From the IMG/VR virus record IMGVR_UViG_3300044844_000082, positions 1 through 38,910 of that record: a stretch of DNA of 38,910 nucleotides. The stretch is one strand, 5' to 3'. This document shows positions 9,320 to 18,438 of this stretch, one piece after another. Numbering within the stretch: position 1 is the stretch's first letter; each line of letters begins with the position of its first letter. The DNA is from a virus. Its lineage: Duplodnaviria; Caudoviricetes. The notes beneath the pieces were generated by a model. The model saw only the letters and a list, made by a program, of their open reading frames with translations. It was not told the origin of the DNA and searched no databases. The position numbers were made by a program, and so were the translations under genes.

Positions 9320-9499
9320 TTATTTAATGACTTTATCAGCCAAAGGTCCATCTGGGCGTGGAGCTCTCAATTGAGCGTCTGCCTGTTTCTGAACCTCTGT
9401 GAAAGTTACTAGAACAGTTTCTAATGGCAACTTTGAAAGACCAAGCATAATTACATTTAGTTGATCGATTGTCAATTCAAGTTTAATATTCTTATCCAT
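9320..9499 (-). CDS. Small fibre-associated helical protein (59 aa), below the ORF-track cutoff
   Basis: Read by hand as MDKNIKLELTIDQLNVIMLGLSKLPLETVLVTFTEVQKQADAQLRAPRPDGPLADKVIK*, with an AGGGA RBS. The IKLELT..N.I...L.KLP pattern is typical of small ORFs next to phage fibre genes. Confidence 0.8.
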   Translation of the reverse strand: MDKNIKLELTIDQLNVIMLGLSKLPLETVLVTFTEVQKQADAQLRAPRPDGPLADKVIK

Positions 9500-9511
9500 A
9501 AGTTATTCCCT

Positions 9512-9889
9512 TCAGTTATTGCTAGTTACTGTATTTGATACAGGCGTTGAATTTGTTACTGGAGCCCAAGGTAGAGAGTTATCCACAACTGGGTTCTTTT
9601 TCTCGTCAATCTGTTTCTGAATTACTTCGTTTACATGATTCTCATAAGTGTCAACAACCACTGCTTTGATCCAAGTAAGAACGTCATTTTCAGTCAAATC
9701 TGAAAATGGAATGAAAGAAGTATTAGCTGGCATATTATTAGAAGAAAATGGAGTTGCTCCAGAAAATTCTCCAACAAGATCGCCATCGGTTCCTATTTTC
9801 TTCCAATATGTCTGCACGACAACATCAGAAGTATTAGCAACAGTTGTAGTTTTTAGTCCAGTTACTTTCCATGTATATGATACTGCCAT
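9512..9889 (-). CDS. Small fibre-associated protein, paralogue of 12824..13150
   Basis: Pattern MA..Y.W.V..L...DVV...W...FIPFSDLTE.DV..W...I...KNP....LPWA, shared with the paralogue. Confidence 0.8.
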   Translation of the reverse strand: MAVSYTWKVTGLKTTTVANTSDVVVQTYWKKIGTDGDLVGEFSGATPFSSNNMPANTSFIPFSDLTENDVLTWIKAVVVDTYENHVNEVIQKQIDEKKNPVVDNSLPWAPVTNSTPVSNTVTSNN

Positions 9890-9923
9890 TTTAATCCTCG
9901 TAGTTTATGTTTTAGGTTATTTA

Positions 9924-10163
9924 TTATAATCCTAATGCTTGTTTTAATTCATCAATAGTCAGACCAGCACGCTGCAGTTTTTCCTGAACTGTTGGTTCTG
10001 GTAACGGTTCTGGTAATGGGTCAGGATCTTCTGGCGTGTTGCCTTTTTCTAACCATGCCTGATATTCAGCCCATTCTTCTTCGTGTTCTGGACCAATAAT
10101 CATATTGTCAGTAAGTCTGACTACTGCTTCTGTATCAAATCTTGATCTATAATTTAATGCCAT
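9924..10163 (-). CDS. Putative tail-fibre assembly chaperone
   Basis: EYQAWLEKGNTPEDPDP motif and C-terminal EKL..AGLT.DELK.ALGL; start overlaps the stop of the 885-aa fibre. Confidence 0.65.
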   Translation of the reverse strand: MALNYRSRFDTEAVVRLTDNMIIGPEHEEEWAEYQAWLEKGNTPEDPDPLPEPLPEPTVQEKLQRAGLTIDELKQALGL

Positions 10164-12820
10164 TAGTTATATCCGTATATTCTTACTGTTCCAGATATAT
10201 TGCCTGAATCAGAATATATCTGGAAACCTGTGATTGCTACTTGAGAACCTGTATACCATCCACCGCCTTGAACTCTTGCTGCATAACCTGTTGTATAAGT
10301 AGGACCGCATAGATTGTATTGGTATGCTTTATTAGTATTCGTGTTGTTCGTATTATATATTGTAAATGTTCCACTCATACCGGTGCCACCAGTTGCAGCA
10401 GTAATAAAATAAGCAGGATATGTCATATATATGAACGTTCCCGAAGATGAATGACCGCCAGAACTGTTGTTGTTAAAATACGTAAAGACTGCATTATAGT
10501 AGTTACCAGTCAAGAACGCACCACCACCATGTAGCTGCATACAAAGCGTTCTGGATTGTGTTATTGGAACCAAACTGTCAAATTCAATTTCATAACTACG
10601 ATAACCAGATAGCGATGTATAGTTTAGAGTAGCAACATTGGTACCAGTAACAGTGGCAACAAGTGTTCTAGAACCAGAACCTGTAACAGATAGATTACCA
10701 CTAAAGCTGGCATTACCAGAAGAATCAATAGTAAGTCTGGTAGAACCATTACTACGAATATAGAAAGGAACAGCCGAGTCTGTTCCAACGCCGCCTGCAG
10801 TTCCATCAAACCACAATGATCCCCATTGAGAGTTCTGTGCGCCATTGGTAAATTGTAGAATAGATGCTGTAGCGCTTGAACCACCGCCTGGATAAATTCT
10901 TACGCCATAGTTACCACCACCAGTTCTAGCAATAAGACCGTTAGAATCGATGGTATGTAGTCCAGCAAATGTGGCAGTATTGAATACAGACGAAGAAGCA
11001 GGATCACAATAATAAGCGCTGTTTCCACTATCATAGAATATCGGAGCCCAAAGGTTTCCGCACTGGAATGATTCGTATGCATTACCAGGATTGTTCAAGA
11101 TACTAATTTGACCAAGTGAACTCATAGCAATCTGTGATGCTACACGACCGCCCCAATGGAAACCAATACGTGGTGCATATGACCAAGAATCTGTTTGTGC
11201 GCCACCAAAGTTATATTCACGAACTTCGATGGCTGCTTGAGAGTAAGATGCTGCTAACTGGTTACTAGCCACACCACCTTCAATCATTATATTATTAAAG
11301 TTTGAGGTTGATGATGGGTCAACATAATATGCTGTGTTATTTGAATCATAGAATATTGGTGCACGCCAATCGGTAGAAGCCTGACCAGTACCATCCCAAG
11401 TTAGGTTACCATCGCCACCAAATCTTAGGACCTTTGTTCCACCGCCGCCTGTGAATGTTCTTAGATTAGCAAAAGAATTGTTGGCGCCATTACCTGTGGA
11501 TGGATAATAATGCACATATGTGTTTGTGGAATCATACATATTAGTATAATAATGCTGCGACATAACAAATGCGGCAGAAGAGAAGTTCCATCCACCTGTG
11601 ACTGAAGCAGATTCTGCTTTTCTTGGGTAATCAGTAGATACGTATGTTCCAAGATAAGAAGAATTGTTAGCAGTTGGCCAAGTACCGGAAGCGTTTGAAG
11701 CATCAGTAAATGCTAAATCTTTATATGTGCTATAAGCAGAGGTGTTACCTGTTGTTAAGTTTGACCATGCTGCTTGATAAACACGAACACCAATAGCAGA
11801 CTTATTAAACATTAAAAGGTTATCTGATCCCCCAGAAGAATCAGAATAACTTCTCATATGAAGGAAGTCGGCCCATGGTGAAGTATTATTGTTATTAAAA
11901 GAAGTAAATCCAAAACGAAGAGTTTGTGAAGGAAAATCATTTGCTATGATAATTCTATCATCAATCCTTAAAAGCACATTAGCATAAAGAGAACTGTTAA
12001 CGTTCAGATTACCTTCTGTCTTACCATTGACGTAGGTAGTATTATTAGCAGATAATGTTCCAATATATGTTGCATTAACATGAACGCCAGTAGCGTTTAC
12101 AACTGATCCAGTTCCTTGTGTTACGAATAAACCATTAGTATTTGCTGTTATACCGCTGTTTGCTAAAACAGAAACAGTTCCTGTTGTCGAAATAGTACCA
12201 CCAGTAAGACCGTTACCAGTTGCAACAGAAGTTACTGTACCTCCTGAATTATCATCAGCCGCCCAATATATAGAAGAACCGTTAGAGTGTAAAACTTGAC
12301 CAGCAGTTCCTAGACCACCATTAGCATAGATGCCAGCGCCGGCAGAAACTATCAATTCACCAGCAGCGCCAATACTAACATTAGCAGTTGTCGTTAGACC
12401 AGAGGAATTAGCAGTAAAAACAGACCCAACAGTATAAGAAGCAGCATTAATTGTTCCAGCAACAGTCAGACCGTTTAGATTTGATGTTCCCGCAGCGTCT
12501 ACATAATAAGCTGTATTGTTGGAATCGTAGAATAATGGAGCACGGAAATCCGAAGTAGCAAAAGCTGTTCCTTGAACATGTAACTTCTGTGTTGGCGCTG
12601 TGTTACCGATACCAAAATTACCATTGGCAACAGAATAAGCAGCAGTGCCAATGGTAAATGTATTGGTGGTAGTAGAATTAATAGAGACAGACGTTGCATT
12701 CAATGATGCATTTACTGTCGAGTTACCAACAGTAATAGATCCAGACACCAACAGATTATTGGTAGAAGGATCAACAGTTATTAACTGACCTAGATCGCCT
12801 AATTCTCTATTTTGTGCCAT
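10163..12820 (-). CDS. Tail fibre / receptor-binding protein (885 aa)
   Basis: GNFGIG repeat, three APIFYDS.N.AYY.D-type repeats, and a C-terminal beta-sandwich head ending ITGFQIYSDSGNISGTVRIYG. Confidence 0.85.
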   Translation of the reverse strand: MAQNRELGDLGQLITVDPSTNNLLVSGSITVGNSTVNASLNATSVSINSTTTNTFTIGTAAYSVANGNFGIGNTAPTQKLHVQGTAFATSDFRAPLFYDSNNTAYYVDAAGTSNLNGLTVAGTINAASYTVGSVFTANSSGLTTTANVSIGAAGELIVSAGAGIYANGGLGTAGQVLHSNGSSIYWAADDNSGGTVTSVATGNGLTGGTISTTGTVSVLANSGITANTNGLFVTQGTGSVVNATGVHVNATYIGTLSANNTTYVNGKTEGNLNVNSSLYANVLLRIDDRIIIANDFPSQTLRFGFTSFNNNNTSPWADFLHMRSYSDSSGGSDNLLMFNKSAIGVRVYQAAWSNLTTGNTSAYSTYKDLAFTDASNASGTWPTANNSSYLGTYVSTDYPRKAESASVTGGWNFSSAAFVMSQHYYTNMYDSTNTYVHYYPSTGNGANNSFANLRTFTGGGGTKVLRFGGDGNLTWDGTGQASTDWRAPIFYDSNNTAYYVDPSSTSNFNNIMIEGGVASNQLAASYSQAAIEVREYNFGGAQTDSWSYAPRIGFHWGGRVASQIAMSSLGQISILNNPGNAYESFQCGNLWAPIFYDSGNSAYYCDPASSSVFNTATFAGLHTIDSNGLIARTGGGNYGVRIYPGGGSSATASILQFTNGAQNSQWGSLWFDGTAGGVGTDSAVPFYIRSNGSTRLTIDSSGNASFSGNLSVTGSGSRTLVATVTGTNVATLNYTSLSGYRSYEIEFDSLVPITQSRTLCMQLHGGGAFLTGNYYNAVFTYFNNNSSGGHSSSGTFIYMTYPAYFITAATGGTGMSGTFTIYNTNNTNTNKAYQYNLCGPTYTTGYAARVQGGGWYTGSQVAITGFQIYSDSGNISGTVRIYGYN

Positions 12821-12823
12821 TTA

Positions 12824-13150
12824 TTATGCCCAAGGAAGTGGTGGTGTTACTACAGGTGGGTTCTTCTGGCCAGCAATAGCAGAAGCCAATGAAGTTTCAA
12901 ACTCTGTAATCTTTTCTTCGCCTATAGCTGCCTCGAGCCAAGCAACAACGTCGTCTTTTGTTAGATCAGCATAAGGTTTAAAATTCTTCAAACTGTCAAC
13001 GTTCAAAACCTGAGAACCATAAACGTCGGCATAATAGTCGCCGTCTTTGGCTGTGTATCTCCAATGAATGTTGAAAACAACGTCAGTCTTTTTATCTTTT
13101 TCTGGGTAGCATTCAAGCTGAGAAACAACCCAATCATATACAATTGCCAT
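12824..13150 (-). CDS. Small fibre-associated protein, paralogue of 9512..9889
   Basis: MAIVYDW...DVVFNIHW...FKPYADLTKDDVVAWL...KNPP...LPWA; AGGAG RBS. Confidence 0.8.
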   Translation of the reverse strand: MAIVYDWVVSQLECYPEKDKKTDVVFNIHWRYTAKDGDYYADVYGSQVLNVDSLKNFKPYADLTKDDVVAWLEAAIGEEKITEFETSLASAIAGQKNPPVVTPPLPWA

Positions 13151-13166
13151 GTTTTACTCCTATGTT

Positions 13167-13418
13167 TTAATTATTTAGTGGTGTGTTCATGGATGCTTGG
13201 TATGCTTCAAGAACTTCTTGAGTCCAGGCGACATTAGCAATATCTTGAACATTCTGAGGCATCTCTGAAATGTCTGAACCGGGAGCAAAAGACCAACGGT
13301 GATAGGTCTGAGCGATCTGTTCGCCGTCACGAAGGACTCTGGTAGCCTCTCTAACGAGTAGGGTGCCATTCTCGGTGACTGTGATTTGATCAATTACTTT
13401 TGTTTCTGTTAGTGCCAT
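13167..13418 (-). CDS. Small partner (putative chaperone) of the DDYEEGTWTP-type fibre
   Basis: MALTE..IDQI.V...VREAT....DG..I..TYHR...PG.DIS...V..IA...WT..V..AY pattern, directly downstream of the 552-aa fibre. Confidence 0.75.
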   Translation of the reverse strand: MALTETKVIDQITVTENGTLLVREATRVLRDGEQIAQTYHRWSFAPGSDISEMPQNVQDIANVAWTQEVLEAYQASMNTPLNN

Positions 13419-13440
13419 TGTAATTACCTTTCTGTGTCCG

Positions 13441-13461
13441 ACTACGCCAATCCAGCGTAGT
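13441..13461 (-). promoter_or_regulatory. Intergenic RNA hairpin with GGAUU loop
   Basis: Perfect 7-bp inverted repeat ACTACGC/GCGTAGT. The mRNA reads ACUACGC-UGGAUUG-GCGUAGU followed by CGGAC. No U-tract follows. Confidence 0.6.
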
Positions 13462-13470
13462 TAATTAGGT

Positions 13471-15129
13471 TTATGCTGATGTATAATAACTAAACATTCC
13501 TGTTATGATAGTACCAATACCAGCAACCATTGTTGCTACTGTGATAGTATTAGTTGCCACATCCCATACCATTGCTGTTGTTGATCCTTGATTGACATAC
13601 AATTGATCTGCTTTATAATCTGGAGAAGCGGGATGCCAACTCCATGACATAATTCTAGATGCCATACCATATCCGGGCGAAGATGCTGTAAAAGGAAGAC
13701 CACCTAGCATTAAACTTCCTGAACCACCAGAAGCTGATGATTTAACTATTTTTACGAAACAAACAACCAATCTGCCTATTTTTATATAACTACCTAATTG
13801 TTCGCTATAAGAAACAGTAGGATTACTAGTAGAACCCAAATAAGTAGGAGTCCATGTGCCTTCCTCATAATCATCAAGGGTGTTGGCGTCAGACGATGCA
13901 GATTGTGATGCTTGGAATTTGATACCTTGGAGACCAGATAAAGATAATATGGTACTATTTGCAGTAAAAATCTCAGTGTTTCTAAAATAAAACTCATGTT
14001 TTTCGGCAACATATCTAAGGTTCGTCCAAACAGCTCCGCTTCTATTATAAGAAAGAATTTGAGAAGTATTCGCTTCAGCATTAGGTATAAACTCTATACC
14101 TTTGGCGCCAGCGTCAGAAACAACTAATGGGTACGAAGGAGAAGTTGTTCCAATACCAATATAACCCGTAGAAGTTATTCTCATGCGTGCTGCGTTATTG
14201 GTGTATAATATTAAAGGAGAATTTTGTGAAGTACCAACCCAATATTGACCATTATTCGACGAATAATAAGTATATCCAATGCCGCCGCCATATATAAGAT
14301 TATATAACGATCCAGAATATGTTCCACCCACAGTAACTTTGTGGTAAGCCCAATCAGAATTTGTTCCAGAAGCGCCACCACTTACTGTGTCAGAATATAC
14401 TGTATTTGCACCATAAATTGTTAATTTATCGTTTGGTGTGGATGTTCCAATACCAACTCTGCCGGCAGAATCAATACGTACACGTTCTGTAGAATTTATT
14501 TTGAAATTTATACTTCCGCCAGCATACGTAGAAGTGTTTTCAAGCGTAAATCCTTCGTCGCCAGAGTTATAATAAATCAATCCTTGATAACCAGCATATT
14601 CACCAATAGCCAATTTGTTTTGACTGTTAGAATTAACATAACTACCAATATGTAATCTATATAATGGTGTAGATGTACCAATACCAAAGTTACCATTAGC
14701 GACAGAATAAACAGCTGTTCCTATAGTAGCAGTGTTGGTGGTGGTTGTAAGGTCTACTGACTTAACACCTTTATTAAAAACAAAATCATCAATGGAACTA
14801 TCATACAGCATGGTCGCTGAAGCGCCGTCGATAGTTAATCCTGCGCCGTTGGCAGCAGCAGCGCTTGCTGCGCCTTTAGCAATAGTAATGTTTAGATCTT
14901 TAACATCCAACACGGTAGTATTAACATACATTGTCGAACCGGTAACAGTAAGGTTACCAGTAATTGTTACGTTGTTACTAAATGTTACTGGTCCAGAAAG
15001 GCCAGATGAATTGATTGCAACGCCACCAACATTAACAGATGTGATTGAACTGGAATTGACCGTGATGGCCGAAACCAATACATTAGCACTAGTAGCGAGT
15101 CTAGCTAGATCATTTGTTAATGTTGACAT
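13471..15129 (-). CDS. Tail fibre / receptor-binding protein (552 aa)
   Basis: GNLTVTG...VKDLNI shaft module, three RI...G.(V/I/F)GIGT..P-type repeats, and a C-terminal head starting ANTLDDYEEGTWTP. Confidence 0.85.
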   Translation of the reverse strand: MSTLTNDLARLATSANVLVSAITVNSSSITSVNVGGVAINSSGLSGPVTFSNNVTITGNLTVTGSTMYVNTTVLDVKDLNITIAKGAASAAAANGAGLTIDGASATMLYDSSIDDFVFNKGVKSVDLTTTTNTATIGTAVYSVANGNFGIGTSTPLYRLHIGSYVNSNSQNKLAIGEYAGYQGLIYYNSGDEGFTLENTSTYAGGSINFKINSTERVRIDSAGRVGIGTSTPNDKLTIYGANTVYSDTVSGGASGTNSDWAYHKVTVGGTYSGSLYNLIYGGGIGYTYYSSNNGQYWVGTSQNSPLILYTNNAARMRITSTGYIGIGTTSPSYPLVVSDAGAKGIEFIPNAEANTSQILSYNRSGAVWTNLRYVAEKHEFYFRNTEIFTANSTILSLSGLQGIKFQASQSASSDANTLDDYEEGTWTPTYLGSTSNPTVSYSEQLGSYIKIGRLVVCFVKIVKSSASGGSGSLMLGGLPFTASSPGYGMASRIMSWSWHPASPDYKADQLYVNQGSTTAMVWDVATNTITVATMVAGIGTIITGMFSYYTSA

Positions 15130-15156
15130 TTAATAACCTTATTGTTTTTTAAATAT

Positions 15157-15435
15157 TTAGGTATTGGATACTGGAACAGCGGCTAGTGCTTCTTCGTTTC
15201 TCTGTGCTGCTGTCTTAACCCAACCGTTAGCAAAAGCAGCGGCTACGATTTCATCTTTTGAACCAGGAATGGACTGCCCAGCCTCTAGGAACTTCTCAAC
15301 TGCAACCTTAACGATCTCGTCAATAGCAATACGAGCACGTTCGTGAGCGGCATTCTGAATCCAATCATCAACAGAAGCGGCTGCATACTGCATTGCCTTA
15401 TCTTCTGTTTCTGTGTATTCAACTGTGTATTTCAT
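15157..15435 (-). CDS. Small partner (putative chaperone) of the C1q-tipped fibre (92 aa)
   Basis: Start reset to ATG 15435, preceded by AAGGAGA. Sequence includes WIQNAAHERARIAIDEI...GWVKTAAQRN. Confidence 0.75.
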   Translation of the reverse strand: MKYTVEYTETEDKAMQYAAASVDDWIQNAAHERARIAIDEIVKVAVEKFLEAGQSIPGSKDEIVAAAFANGWVKTAAQRNEEALAAVPVSNT

Positions 15436-15446
15436 AATTTTCTCCT

Positions 15447-18401
15447 TTAACCTAATAATGCGTAACTTGCCCAAGCAGCAGCCAAAGCAGCAGGGCTTGG
15501 ACTGTCATGATTGAAATTAAATTGGACATAATCGCTTGCCGCTAGATACCTAATATGAGATAGTGATGCGCCAAATGCTTTACCACCTGATGTATCATAA
15601 GCCCAACTCTCAACAACAGTTGAACCATTATGTAATAACGATATATTAAAATCTGAACCACCAGTACCAGCGGTTCTTCCGATACAAGTAAATAGATAAT
15701 AACCAGCAACAGGAGCAGTGAGTCTATAAGTAGATGTATTCCAAAGTGTAAATCTTTCTTGATTGACTGTAGCAAAAGGAATTATGTTTCCTCTTGTAAG
15801 AGTTCCTGACCATGATACAGATCCCGCTGGCTGATACGGAGTAGTAATACGGCCTGATCCATCAATCTGCATACGAACAGCACCAGCAGAATGATCATAT
15901 ACTTGGAAGTTCCCACCATCAATACGAATACCACGTGTATCGCCACTATTTTGACAAACGAATCCAGAAATACCCGCTCCAGCAGCGCTATTTCTTGCCA
16001 ATACAAAATTGGTTCCGTTATTATGAACTTCTAATCTACCATAAGCAGGAGTAGATGTGCCAATACCTACGTTACCGCCAGATGTTATTCGCATTCTTTC
16101 ATAAGCAGTTCCGTCTTGTGTAGTCCAGAAACTTAATCTAGCATCTTGAGTTGATGCTGTAGTATTCCATGAACTATCACCATCAGCAACAACTCTTGCC
16201 ATTTCAACAAGAGTGCCACCAGATGATGTTCTTGATTGAAATGTGATGCCAGCGCCGTAACCGTTTGTTCCACCTTCTAGTAAAAGTTGTGGTGCGTCAC
16301 TAACAGAACCAGAAGCAAAAATATGTAATTTTTTAGATGGTGATATTGTGTTTATACCGAAATTACCGGACGCATCAATTCTTCCACGTTCAATTTCATT
16401 AATACCAAATAATAAATTGTTACTACTGTTTGTAGTAACCATACCATTACCTTGTAGTATGAAGCTATTACCAGATTGGATAGTGTCTCCTGCGTATATC
16501 TTACCGTTTACTTGTAATTTTCCATATTGAGGATTAGTAGTACCAATACCAGTGTTACCATTACCATCAATATAAAAAACAGATCCACCACCAACATTAG
16601 AAATTTGAAAAGAGTTAGCTGCTGGAGAACCTAACCAAATTCCATTAGTAGAACTATTATATCTCAATCCAATAGCATATGCTTCGCTAGATGGTGCGAA
16701 TTGTGCTCTACCACCATTCAAATCGAATTTGAAAGCAGGGGAGTTAGTACCAATACCTACTTTACCATCAGTTTTAACAGTTAAACCATAACTCGAAGAG
16801 GTATCACCATACAAGGTTATAGAATTACTTCCTGTGATCCAGCCATCTACGTTTTGTAAACGAATATTACCACCATTGACTGTGAATTTATATCCAGCTA
16901 ATGGTGTTGTACAAGCTATACCAACGCTACCATTAGCTACAACATATAACGATGAACCAATAGTAAAAGTATTAGTAGCAATAGCATTAATGCTTGCAGG
17001 ACCAGTTCCAAAAGAAACATTAGAACTACTATTAGAAATAGTAAGAGTAGTTCCTGTAATAACAACATTTGATGTTGAATTACCAATTAATAAAGTAGAA
17101 CCATTAAGAGCAATATTACCAGCAGTGATTTGAGTATTAACAGTGCTATTACCAACTGTGATACTATCAGAGCCAATAGTTACATTAGAACCAACAGTAA
17201 TAGCATTAGCGCCAAGACCAACAGTTGTTTGATAACCATAAATGTCAATGATATTACCATTGCTTGGAGTGGTATAGAATCCAACGTTAGCTCCTGAAGT
17301 AATAGCAACATCTGTATTTGGCGCTTGTTTAACACCGTTTAAAAACACCAATAGAGTATTTGGTATATAACCGCCAGATATAGCAAAAGAATTAGCAGTT
17401 CCGTTGGCTGTGATCTGCTGATTAACAACAGTATTAACTCCTGTAGAATATAATCTAGATGGACCAATAACATCTATCAAAGAGCCGTTTGAAGGTGCTG
17501 GAGAAATTACAAAATTTGTTCCTGATGTTACTGTAACTTCTGAACCATTACGAAGCAACACACCATTAAGAAAAACTGAAATAGAATTGGGGATGTATCC
17601 ACCAGCTACAGCGAATGAAGTGGTTGATCCATCGCCTGTGTATTGTAGCTGTAATGGAAGAACGCCGCCAATTGGAGTAAACCAATATGTAGAAGAACCA
17701 TTAGTAGCAAGAACCTGACCATTAACACCAAGAGTTCCGTTGGAATAGATACCAGCACCATTAGCAAGAATTAGTTCGCCAGAAGTTTCAATACTAAGGT
17801 TTCCGGAAATAGAAGTTGCGCCTTCAACTCTTAGTTTATGTGCAGGAGTAGTGTTACCAATACCAAAATTACCACCGTTAAGAAACCTAGCAATTTCCGC
17901 CATAGATGTGCCATTGTTGGCATAAAAAATCAACGGAGCATTGGATGAATAGGGTAGTGATAATATTGATGCAGTACCGACACCCTGATTTTGAAATATT
18001 ACACCACCGTCACTAGTTCCGCCGGCATTCAGAACTATTCCTGCTCTACCTGCTCCATTATTTTTAACTTGAATATAATGATTGCTACCTGTATTCGCTT
18101 GAATGTCTAGTCGGTAGCTTGGAGTTGAAGTACCAATACCAACATTACCATTGGCAACCACATACATGGTTGTGCCAAATGTGGATGTGTTAGTTGTAAC
18201 GTAAAGGGTATTAATGTTGGCTGTATTTGATACGCTGAGGTTAGTTAGATTAGCGCCAGTTTCCCAAACATTGGTACCATCCGAAGAGAACAGTTTTCTA
18301 TCTGTAAGATTTAAACCAAGTTCGCCGATCGCCAGCGTGGATGTATTCGGTACTTTACCTGCGACTGATGATCGACGCAGTTTGAAAATTGTATTTGCCA
18401 T
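15447..18401 (-). CDS. Tail fibre (984 aa) with N-terminal KLRRS..GELG module, two internal beta-sandwich repeats and a C-terminal C1q-like head
   Basis: MANTIFKLRRSSVAGKVP...GELGLN..DRKLF; a duplicated F...GGYIPN...VFLNGV...PSNG..ID domain; many G.(V/F)GIGT..P repeats; C1q-type RLTAPVAGYYLF...L.ASDYV. Confidence 0.87.
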   Translation of the reverse strand: MANTIFKLRRSSVAGKVPNTSTLAIGELGLNLTDRKLFSSDGTNVWETGANLTNLSVSNTANINTLYVTTNTSTFGTTMYVVANGNVGIGTSTPSYRLDIQANTGSNHYIQVKNNGAGRAGIVLNAGGTSDGGVIFQNQGVGTASILSLPYSSNAPLIFYANNGTSMAEIARFLNGGNFGIGNTTPAHKLRVEGATSISGNLSIETSGELILANGAGIYSNGTLGVNGQVLATNGSSTYWFTPIGGVLPLQLQYTGDGSTTSFAVAGGYIPNSISVFLNGVLLRNGSEVTVTSGTNFVISPAPSNGSLIDVIGPSRLYSTGVNTVVNQQITANGTANSFAISGGYIPNTLLVFLNGVKQAPNTDVAITSGANVGFYTTPSNGNIIDIYGYQTTVGLGANAITVGSNVTIGSDSITVGNSTVNTQITAGNIALNGSTLLIGNSTSNVVITGTTLTISNSSSNVSFGTGPASINAIATNTFTIGSSLYVVANGSVGIACTTPLAGYKFTVNGGNIRLQNVDGWITGSNSITLYGDTSSSYGLTVKTDGKVGIGTNSPAFKFDLNGGRAQFAPSSEAYAIGLRYNSSTNGIWLGSPAANSFQISNVGGGSVFYIDGNGNTGIGTTNPQYGKLQVNGKIYAGDTIQSGNSFILQGNGMVTTNSSNNLLFGINEIERGRIDASGNFGINTISPSKKLHIFASGSVSDAPQLLLEGGTNGYGAGITFQSRTSSGGTLVEMARVVADGDSSWNTTASTQDARLSFWTTQDGTAYERMRITSGGNVGIGTSTPAYGRLEVHNNGTNFVLARNSAAGAGISGFVCQNSGDTRGIRIDGGNFQVYDHSAGAVRMQIDGSGRITTPYQPAGSVSWSGTLTRGNIIPFATVNQERFTLWNTSTYRLTAPVAGYYLFTCIGRTAGTGGSDFNISLLHNGSTVVESWAYDTSGGKAFGASLSHIRYLAASDYVQFNFNHDSPSPAALAAAWASYALLG

Positions 18402-18417
18402 TCTAGGCTCTCCTGGA

Positions 18418-18435
18418 ACTCAGTATATACCGAGT
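18418..18435 (-). promoter_or_regulatory. Intergenic hairpin centred on GUAUAUAC just upstream of the RBS of the 984-aa fibre
   Basis: The mRNA ACUCGGUAUAUACUGAGU forms a stem with one G-U pair and is followed by UCCAGGAGAGCCUAGAAUG. Confidence 0.55.
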
Positions 18436-18438
18436 GTA

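Noticed and set aside
3917-15474. ORF-track starts at 3937, 5451 and 15474
   Set aside because: They overlap upstream genes. Downstream ATGs at 3916, 5406 and 15435 have a coupled stop or a clear RBS.
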